Part shown: positions 10,886-18,845 of the stretch, one piece after another
How positions within the stretch are numbered: the stretch's first letter is position 1
Layout of the letters: each line of letters starts with the position of its first letter
DNA from: Emiliania huxleyi CCMP1516
Lineage: Eukaryota
Assembly: GCF_000372725.1 (NCBI RefSeq)
Contig: NW_005202428.1
Span: 2,998,815 to 3,018,814, forward strand
Reading direction: 5' to 3'
Length of the DNA: 20,000 bases
Notes under the pieces: generated by a model
The model's database searches: none
Told to the model about the DNA's origin: nothing
What the model saw: only the letters and a program-made list of their open reading frames with translations
Program-made: the position numbers and the translations under genes

Positions 10886-10921
10886 GGCCGGCGGCCCCGT
10901 ATGGCCGCGGGGGCTCCGCCA

Positions 10922-10990
10922 CGCGGGATCGGTGTACAGGGGGGAGGGCGCCACGCGCGACGCGGGATCGGTGTACATGGGGGGAGGGCG
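10922..10990. repeat. ~29-bp direct duplication in the DNAJC22 3' region
   Basis: cgcgggatcggtgtaca(g/t)gggggagggcg-like sequence occurs twice. Confidence 0.75.
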
Positions 10991-11247
10991 GGGTCCGGAG
11001 AGAGACTGGACATTGCTCAACATTGGAGTTGCTTTCGCACCGCGGGCTCGAGGAGCTGCGAGGGAGATGATGTGCGCGGGGCATGTGTGCGGGGTCCCTC
11101 GCAGGATGGGTCGTTTCGTATTCGAGCTTTGACTCGAAAGCTACACAAGCATGCACACAGAAGCACAACGTCACAAAACTCTCGCAGACCAGTCGCAGAC
11201 AAGAGACAGTGCAGACAGCATCAGCAACGGATCTCAAAGAGTCAAGT

Positions 11248-13681
11248 TCATGCCGCGCCGCCCAAATCTCGCTCGATACAGGTTAGCAGCTCAGCCACCT
11301 GCGCGCTCGTCTCCGCGTCCATCGGCTCGAGGCTCGAACCGTCCTGGGCGACCGCCTCTCGAAGCCTTGGGAGCGCCTGGGGGCGAGTGGGGACGAGGAC
11401 CGAACTCAGAGACGGCGTGACAAACGCACGACGACGCGGCGGGAGGAGAGGAGGCTTGGGAAGAGTGCTCGCCTTGCGGACCACATCGGCGCAGCGCTCC
11501 GTCGCCGAGAGGGCCGCGGCCGCCTCCACGGCAGCTGCCACCTCGGTCGCCGCAAGCCAGTCGCGCAGCTCGCCTAGAGCCGGCGAGCGAGCAAGCTGTG
11601 ATCCGAGCTCCCGAGGGGTTGCGGACCGCCCCTCATCTCGGCAGACCCTCCAGGCTGAGGCGCGCGGCGTCGCTTGGGCTGCCAGAAGTGGCGTTGCCGA
11701 GCGCGCGCAAGCTGAGCACCTGCGAGGCGGCGGCGTTTTCGTCAGAGGACGGCCCCCGGACCGGGGTGGAGGAGGAGAGGGGCGGAGTGCCGGGGGGCTG
11801 CGAGGGGAGCATCAGCTGATTGGTCAAGAATCCTCAGGAGATCGGAAACGAGGAATTCCAGTCTCGGTTGACGAAGCATCACGTGCTCGCGCAGTCGCGG
11901 TGTGGGCGCGGCGGTGGTGCGGCGAGAGCGGGGGGGGGGGGTCGCTCGAGAGGGGTTCGCGCCTCCCCGGCGAAGCTGATCGCCGCCGGCCGTACGCAAG
12001 CCGCGGCGTCGCGCACCGTCTGCTTGGCGGCCGTGGCGATCTGCTCCACGCGATCCGCGGCGAGCTCGCTCTCGCTCTCGCTGGCGAGGGCGAGGCGGCT
12101 CAGGACAGAGAGGAAGCCGTCCTGCACCGCCGCGGGGAGCGATCCCACCCGCTCCGCCGCAGGCAGCAACGCACGCCACGCGGACTCGAGCCAGTCCGCG
12201 CCCCCGTCCGCACAGAGCCCGAGCGCGGCTCCCGCCACGTCCAAGCAGCGACCGGCCAAGTCGGGCTCACCGTCGGCAGCGCCACCTCCGCCTCCGCCTC
12301 CGCCTCCGCCTCGTGCGCCGGCGGGCTGGTCCTCGCGGGGCCGCTTGCCCTTTTGCTTCCGGCGGGAGGAGAGCGCAGCGACGCGCTGGAGCTCGCCGCT
12401 GAGGAGTGCGAGCAGGCCGGGCTTGTGGGAGGGGGCGAGGAGCTGCGTCGGCGGCAGCAGCCGCACGACGGCGGCCAGGCCGGAGGGAGCGGCATCGGCG
12501 GCAGCCGACAGCACGTTGGCCAGCCCTTCGAGGGCGATGAGCTGCGCTCGGGAAGGTGGCGCCTCCTCGACGAGCGGCGAGCAAGCGGCGCCAGCGAGAA
12601 GGCGCAGCGCCGCTCCTGCAGGCGCGGCGCGGGTCTCGGGCACTGCAGGTCCCAGGAGCACCGGCGCGCGCGGATCCGGGAGCTTTAGGCGCGGGCGGGG
12701 GGGCGTGGCGCTCAGACATCCAAGGAAGAGTTGGCCTTCATCGAGGGAGGATTGGTCCCTCGCTGAGGAATGAACTGCGAATGAAGTGCATCATCATCGC
12801 GCGTGGCGGGAATCGGCGGTGGTGGGAGGGGCGGTGGAGGGAGGGGCGGTGGAGGGAGGGGCGGTGGTGGGAGGGGCGATGGACGCACCCAACGCGTCGT
12901 CGGCCGCCACGGCTCCGCTGCCGCCGGCTGGCCCGCCCTCCGTCGGCGGGAGGGAGACGAGCACAGCGGCGGCAAGGACGAGGCGCTCGCTCGGCAGAGG
13001 CGTGGCCGAGGGAGCGGCAGCCGCGCCACCCTCGCCCGCGCTGCCTTCGCCGTTGCTCGCGTCCGAGAGGAGGGCAGCGGCGGCGGCTCGCACGTGATCG
13101 CTAGCGGGCTGGTCGAGCGCGCCGTCGGTCAAAGCTAGGATCAACTGCAGGGCGGCCACTGCCGCCGCCTCTGCGCCCTGAGACCCCCAGTCGCACAGCA
13201 CCGCCACCTCGGCACCCGTCAGCCCCTCGGCAACCTCGGGCGCATTCTCAACCAGGGTCAAGAGGAAGCGGAGTTGGCGGCTGGCGGATACCAGACTGAC
13301 GGGTCGCGACGCGTCGGTCGCTCCCAGATCGGCGAGCGCGCGGCGGTGCAGACCGTGGGCGACGGCAGCCGCGCAAAAGTCTGCGTTGGCGAGCGATCCC
13401 TCATGCAGCGCCTCCCACGCCGCCACACGAAGGCGTGGCGACGAGGAGGCCAAGCAGCGCTCGAGACCGCTGAGGAGGCGGGAGGATGCCTCCTCCGCGA
13501 GCGGCTGGGCGGCCGCCTCGAGCATGGCGACGATCTCAGGGAATTGGATCAGGGCGCCCCGCAGCTCTTCCGGCTGCACGTCCTTCCACTCGAGGACGGA
13601 GAGCACGGAGGCGAGAGCATCCTGCCAGCGCTGGCGCTGCTCGTCTCGGGCGGCGCGCCCGCGCTTCTTCTTCTTTGCCAT
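11248..13681 (-). CDS. ARM/HEAT-repeat protein, HEATR3/Syo1-like; predicted exons 13681-12889, 12642-11963, 11815 (or 11719)-11647, 11573-11473, 11376-11248
   Basis: Basic N-terminus MAKKKKRGR; HEAT-like helices (SSSPRLRVAAWEALHEGSLANADFC, LLTLVEN, ALQLILALTD, SLRALGNA) resemble my recollection of HEATR3; GT/GC-AG sites give consistent phases. Orthology not certain. Confidence 0.6.
12816..12878. repeat. 15-bp minisatellite (ggcggtggWgggagg) x4 within predicted intron 1 of the HEAT gene
   Basis: Directly visible tandem units. Confidence 0.85.
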
Positions 13682-13717
13682 TGGCGAGGACCGGCACGCG
13701 ACCCCAACGGTGGTGTG

Positions 13718-13737
13718 CGAAGAAGAATTTTACAACA
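13718..13737 (-). promoter_or_regulatory. AT-rich box TTGTAAAATTCTTCTTCG ~36 nt upstream of the HEAT gene ATG
   Basis: Resembles GTAAAATTCTTTTCCG before HIS6 and TTGTAAGATTCTTTTCGG before the 16553 ORF. Confidence 0.45.
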
Positions 13738-13756
13738 CAACACGATTCACGCGAGA

Positions 13757-14197
13757 TCCTCGACCCAGCCCTAGCTTGGGATGTCCGTTGTATTTATTTA
13801 TTTATGAGATGCTCGAGAGCTTGCCGCGAGGGGCGGTCGAGGCCTCCGTTCGGCTGATGCGCGGTTACAACCGCACGGGCGAGTGGCCAGAGCCCATCCT
13901 CACCAGCCCTGCCCCGCAGCGCGGCCGCTCGCCAAGCCCCGTCGATGAGTGGTCAGATGGTTAGTGCCCGAGAGCGAGGGGTCCGGGGGGGAGCACAAAC
14001 ATAGGACGCCCAGCCTTGCCCTCGTGCCGCCGAGTGCATATCCTATGCGAGAGAGATCCCCTGTGCCCTGTGCCCAGCCCTCTCCGCACGGCGATGCGTC
14101 CTCCCCCCTCGCTTTTGCAAAATCCTGCAAAGGTGGGGACGTGTCTGTCCTCGACCCAGCCCTAGCTTGGGATGTCCGTTGTATTTATTTATTTATT
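13757..14197 (+). mobile_element. Tandem retroelement-like 3' ends (family 2): 49-bp copy plus ~390-bp copy, each ending in (TATT)n
   Basis: Perfect 49-bp direct repeat 13757-13805 and 14148-14196; ORF tail ..DEWSDG* ends at 13964; possible TSD acgcgaga (13749-13756) / acgcgaca (14198-14205). Confidence 0.65.
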
Positions 14198-14205
14198 ACG
14201 CGACA

Positions 14206-15061
14206 GCACGGGCGACGGCTTCCACAGAAGCCGTCGTCCTCACCGTAGCCGTCGTCGGACCCCCAATGCGAAGAAGAAATTAATCGTGGCATGGCTGCGG
14301 TTGCGATAGGTAGTGGGGAAGGCAGCCTCGATGGCCATACAGACATGGGTGCGAAACAACGATAAGACCAAGGCACGGGCAGAGGAGAGAGAGAAGAATA
14401 TAGGATGGATAAAGCGCCTGTTCACGGCATGGAGGGTGAGCCACGCCGAACGTACCGAGCGTAGAGCCGAGCGGAAGGAAGCCGGGGAAGACGACTCCGA
14501 GGAGGACGAACCAGTGGAAATCCTGTTGTCAGCTGTCACGATGCCGAAGGGGACCCCAGCGCCGGCATCATCCGTGGAGGCACAAGTGTTAGAAGAGAGT
14601 GGACCTGAGCAACGATATGACTGGGCGGCAAATGATCGCAGTGGGCGTCAGAAGAGTCGTCCTTGCGCGAGGAGAGCTCGATAGACTCGAGGGGCCAAGA
14701 TATGCCGCCAGGAGGGCGGAGTTGCGCCGAAAGGCGGGAGAAGCCGCGAGAGCAAGGGAGCGGCAGGCGGCGGCGGCGCCGCAGGACGAGGCAGAGGAGA
14801 GCGACGCGACAGAGGAAGAAGCGACAAGGGAGAGAACGACGAGAGTGGGACGACCGCGAGGTGGCATGAAGGTTGCAGCGAGAATCGGCGAGAGACTGCG
14901 AAGGGAGATAGGAAGAGGCGGACGACCAAGGGTTAGGGTGGGCGACGGCTAGCGCATCACACCCCTCTCCTTAAAATCCCTGTGTGGTGGCGGCGTGCCG
15001 TCCTCCCATCCCTCCCTTGGCGCAAGCCGCTTGGGTTGCCCGTTCTCTTTCTTTCTTTTTT
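14206..15061 (+). mobile_element. Family-1 copy B: decayed ORF C-terminus (..RVRVGDG* at 14952), 3' UTR and (CTTT)n tail
   Basis: Frameshifted purine-rich ORF pieces 14313-14684 and 14599-14952; 3' part shared with 5607-5758 (reverse complement) and 15190-15395. The 5' boundary is approximate. Confidence 0.7.
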
Positions 15062-15081
15062 AGTGAGCCGAGCCGGTGAGT

Positions 15082-15159
15082 GTGCCAGTCCGCGCCAGTC
15101 CGCGCCCTTGTCGTGCCAGTGTGCTGTGAGAGAGGCTTGTATTCTAAGAATTCTTTTTT
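15082..15159 (+). promoter_or_regulatory. Diverged third copy of the upstream module
   Basis: gtgccagtccgcgccagtcc..gtgccagtgt..gtgagagag..ttgt..taagaattctttttt is collinear with the reverse complement of 16581-16650. Confidence 0.5.
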
Positions 15160-15189
15160 GCTTGCGATATAGAGAATATAGACCCTCGA

Positions 15190-15395
15190 CGCGAGGTGGC
15201 ATGTAGGCTGCCGCGAGAATCGGCGAGAGACTGCGAGGAGAGAGAGGAAGAGGCAGATGCCCAAGGGCGGGCGACGGGCCGACGGCTAGCGGCTAGCAAC
15301 ACACCTTCCTTCCCGTGAAATCCCTGTGTGGTGGCTGGTGGCGGCGTGCCGTCCTCCCATCCCTCCTTTGCGCTTTGCTGTGTCTGTTTTCTTTC
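15190..15395 (+). mobile_element. Family-1 copy C (diverged 3' end)
   Basis: Aligns by eye to 14855-15061: cgcgaggtggcatg..gcgagaatcggcgagagactgcga..aaatccctgtgtggtggc..ggcggcgtgccgtcctcccatccctcc..ttttctttc. Confidence 0.75.
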
Positions 15396-15818
15396 AGAGG
15401 GCGGTTACTCTTACTGGACCGTCACCAGACCGTCATGTGTTTGACGACGTTGAACAGTGTTTGACCACGGCGCTGTTCACAGCGCGCGCGGGCGGCGGTT
15501 CACGAGAGGCGAGGCGGGCGGCGGCGGCGCGCGATCGTGCTTTTGCCCGGGTTAGGCGTGGTCGCGCGGGCGGCGCGCCGCGCGGTGCTGGCGCCCGCGG
15601 TGATGGCGGCACGCTGAAGATTTCTTGGTCCTGACCCTGACCCCGTCCGACGTCCTCCGCGGTGGCAGCGAGCCAGAGCACGAGCGACCTTCCGCATATG
15701 ACGGATTAGACCCCTCGCGAAAAAAAAGATTTTGTTAAAAAGTCAAGACGACAAGAGTCAAGACGCAAGACGGGGACCGATTTTAGTAGGCGCTACGAGG
15801 ACCGGGAGCGTCGCGGTG

Positions 15819-16553
15819 TCAGGACTTCCATCCCTTCGAGAGCTGCCCGTCGTGGTAGCTGCCGTACTCGCTGTAGATGTCCATGAGGGAGGGGCGTGTG
15901 GCGAGCGCCCAGATGTGAGAGGCCGTGCAGAGGCTGCTGCCGTCGCGGAGGGGCTGCGCGGCGGTCGGGCGAGAGGACCGCAGCCGAGCAACCTCCGCGA
16001 GGAACGCTCTGCCGGCCTCCGATTCTGCGCCGCCGATGGCGGCGAGCGTGGCACCCACAGGGCCGCGCTCCGACTCCACGAAGAGCGACTCGGTGCCTGG
16101 CCTGAGCCGCGTCGTGACCCGTGCGTGGCCCATCTCGAGGGTCGAGGCGAGAGGGCCGATGAGCCGCGAGAAAACCTCCGCTGGCGCAATGGTGGGCGCC
16201 CCTGCCCGGTCAATCCCGAGGTTGCGAGCCGCCTCCGCCGCGAGCAGCTCGAGCTCGTCATCGGGCGCGACGTGGGTCACCGCAAGCGTGCCTTCGGGCC
16301 GTAGCCGCTGCAGGAAGTCAGCCCAGGCGCCGAGCGCTGCCGGCGCGGGCTGGTGGCGCGCAGGGTCGGCCTCAACGATAACCACGTCGTACGCAGCTTC
16401 GCTTCCCGGGAGCTCGGCACGGAAGGGCACCAGCTCGGCGCTCGGAAAGCGGAGCCGCAGCGCGTCCTCCGCGTCGGCGGCGTCAAAGGCGATTCTCACA
16501 GCACCGGCGCGAGGCGCGACCCGGTTGATGAGCGCGGTCGAGCGCGGCAGCAT
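15819..16553 (-). CDS. Hypothetical 244-aa protein, possible degenerate class I SAM-methyltransferase fold
   Basis: ATG-initiated ORF with globular, protein-like composition; AYDVVIV and FLQRLRPEGTLAV resemble methyltransferase motifs II and III; no GxGxG motif I. Confidence 0.6.
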   Translation of the reverse strand: MLPRSTALINRVAPRAGAVRIAFDAADAEDALRLRFPSAELVPFRAELPGSEAAYDVVIVEADPARHQPAPAALGAWADFLQRLRPEGTLAVTHVAPDDELELLAAEAARNLGIDRAGAPTIAPAEVFSRLIGPLASTLEMGHARVTTRLRPGTESLFVESERGPVGATLAAIGGAESEAGRAFLAEVARLRSSRPTAAQPLRDGSSLCTASHIWALATRPSLMDIYSEYGSYHDGQLSKGWKS

Positions 16554-16580
16554 GCAGCCGGGCGCCGACAGGTCCCTGCA

Positions 16581-16673
16581 CCGAAAAGAATCTTACAACA
16601 AAACTCCCTCGCACAACACTGGGCACGGGACTGGCGCGCACTGGCACGAACACAGGTACACCCCGAAAAGAAT
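16581..16673 (-). promoter_or_regulatory. Conserved upstream module, copy 2 (uninterrupted)
   Basis: ccgaaaagaat at 16581-16591 and 16663-16673 bracket the 47-bp core 16616-16662; ends 27 nt before the ATG at 16553. Confidence 0.6.
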
Positions 16674-17773
16674 GAGAAAGCCTGCTCATCGCAAGGTACT
16701 CCCACGCCTCTTGGGGTTTTTGTCTGGCCGAGTCAACCCGAGAGGCGTGTCTCGCCTCGTCAAGTCTGTGGGACGGCCGAGCCTCGTTTCAAGGGGCGCG
16801 GGTGCGTGCGTCCCCTCTCGACTACGTTTGTTCACAGCCGGCGCGCGCGCCGGCGACGAATATGCGCGACTCGCCGCCGCGGCTCCGGGCCTCCAACGGC
16901 ACGACCTACGCCCAACCACCGAGAGGCGCGCCGTCACACCACTCGCACAGCCTGCAGCGCGGCGCTGCGCCAGAGCTCGAGAGGGCCCGAGAAGGGTCCC
17001 AGATCTCCAGTAGCACACAATAGCACACGTAGCCACGCATACCCAACCATCCCCTGTCACCCCAGAGCAGATCCCCCCAGGCGGTGAGGTCCTTTCTGGT
17101 GCTTGAAGCTCACCCTCGTCCCCTGCCGCAGGCCCTCGGCAGCCGTCCTGGCGCGCGCCAGGGCATGTACCGAGCGACCCCAGCCCGCTCTGGCGCGCGC
17201 GTTCGGCGCCGATTGGTGCCCTAGTCGGACCGTGCAACGGACGCGCGCTCTGCGCGCCTCACACGCACTTGCCCAGAGCTCTGCGCAGAGGCAGAGAGAG
17301 AGCGCGCCCTCCCCCCGGGCTGCTGCTGGCGCGCCACGCGCGTGCGATCCCTCTCTCGCAGTCGGTGTTCGCCGGGCGAGTTTTAGAGCTAAAATACATG
17401 TACATCACAAGACGCACACGCTGCTGTGGTCACCGACGGTCGTGTCCACATGCGCGCAATGGCGCAATGGTGGGCAGCGCCAACGCGCAGGACCATGTTT
17501 GCGCGCGACATGCACGCACGGGTGCGCAGGCAGGCGAGGCCATGCCAAAGACTGCCCTGGGAGTCGCGCGCGCGCGTCTCCAGCCGACCGGTACGGCGGC
17601 AAGAGCTTGACGGCTGTCGTGCCCGCAGCACGACAGCCGTCAAGCCGCGCAGTCGGGTGGACGCGTCGCGTCGGACTTTTTGCCACCACCTCCACGAGTC
17701 TGTCCGGTGCACCCACTGGCCAGATGCCGGGCCTCGGAGGCTGAATCGAGCGCCGAGTCAGGCCGACCTGGCA

Positions 17774-18750
17774 CTGAGATTTGGTCAGCCAAGTCCTTGG
17801 CCGCGCCTCCGGCCGAGCCATGCAAGGGGCGGCGGGCACCTCCAGGAGGGCGGCCCAAAGCTTGGCCGGCTCAGAATTGGCTGGCCAAGCTTGGATACTG
17901 GTGCTAGACACCTCCAAAATCACTCCCCCAAGCTTGGCCAGCTGAGATTTGGTCAGTCAAGTCCTTGGCCGCGCCTCCGGCTGAGCTAGGCAAGGGGCGG
18001 CGGGCACCTCCAGGAGGGCGGCCCAAAGTGAGATAATGGCTCAGAAATGGCCGGCCAAGCTTGGATACTGGTGCTAGACACCTCCAAAATCACCCCCCCA
18101 AGCTTGGCCAGCTGAGATTTGGTCAGCCAAGTCCTTGACCGCGCCTCCGGCTGAGCTAGGCAAGGGGCGGCGGGCACCTCCAGGAGGGCGGCCCAAAGCT
18201 TGGCCGGCTCAGAATTGGCCGGCCAAGCTTGGATACTGGTGCTAGACACCTCCAAAAGCACTCCCCCAAGCTTGGCCAGCTGAGATTTGGTCAGTCAAGT
18301 CCTTGGCCGCGCCTCCGGCCGAGCCATGGGAGGGGCGGCGGGCACCTCCAGGAGGGCGGCCCAAAGCTTGGCCGGCTCAGAATTGGCTGGCCAAGCTTGG
18401 ATACTGGTGCTAGACACCTCCAAAAGCACTCCCCCAAGCTTGGCCAGCTGAGATTTGGTCAGCCAAGTCCTTGGCCGCGCCTCCGGCTGAGCTAGGCAAG
18501 GGGCGGCGGGCACCTCCAGGAGGGCGGCCCAAAGTGAGATAATGGCTCAGAAATGGCCGGCCAAGCTTGGATACTGGTGCTAGACACCTCCAAAATCACT
18601 CCCCCAAGCTTGGCCAGCTGAGATTTGGTCAGCCAAGTCCTTGGCCGCGCCTCCGGCTGAGCTAGGCAAGGGGCGGCGGGCACCTCCAGGAGGGCGGCCC
18701 AAAGTGAGATAATGGCTCAGGATTGGCTGGCCAAGCTTGGATACTGGTGC
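17774..18750. repeat. Subtelomeric satellite, ~5.8 units of 168/170 bp
   Basis: ctgagatttggtc starts at 17774, 17942, 18112, 18280, 18448, 18618; units are rich in CCAAGCTTGG palindromes. Confidence 0.96.
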
Positions 18751-18761
18751 TAGGGTTAGGG

Positions 18762-18802
<41 letters not shown>

Positions 18803-18804
18803 GG

Positions 18805-18845
<41 letters not shown>

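Noticed and set aside
9389..12773. Long antisense ORFs (544, 400, 595, 317 aa)
   Set aside because: Stop-poor shadows of real GC-rich genes; Arg/Ala/Pro-rich without motifs.
13853..13885. Hammerhead ribozyme (ctgatg followed by a gcggtt/aaccgc stem)
   Set aside because: Core is CUGAUGC rather than CUGANGA, and there is no GAAA after the stem.
14930..14938. Interstitial telomere seed gggttaggg
   Set aside because: Only 1.5 units, and absent from the other two family-1 copies.
15400..15700. Small gene downstream of module copy 3 (..DGGTLKISWS*)
   Set aside because: No convincing start or recognisable domain; could be a remnant but cannot be supported.
17774..18750. CRISPR-like array or repeat-protein ORFs
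   Set aside because: Whole units repeat with no unique spacers; no cas genes; eukaryotic subtelomere.
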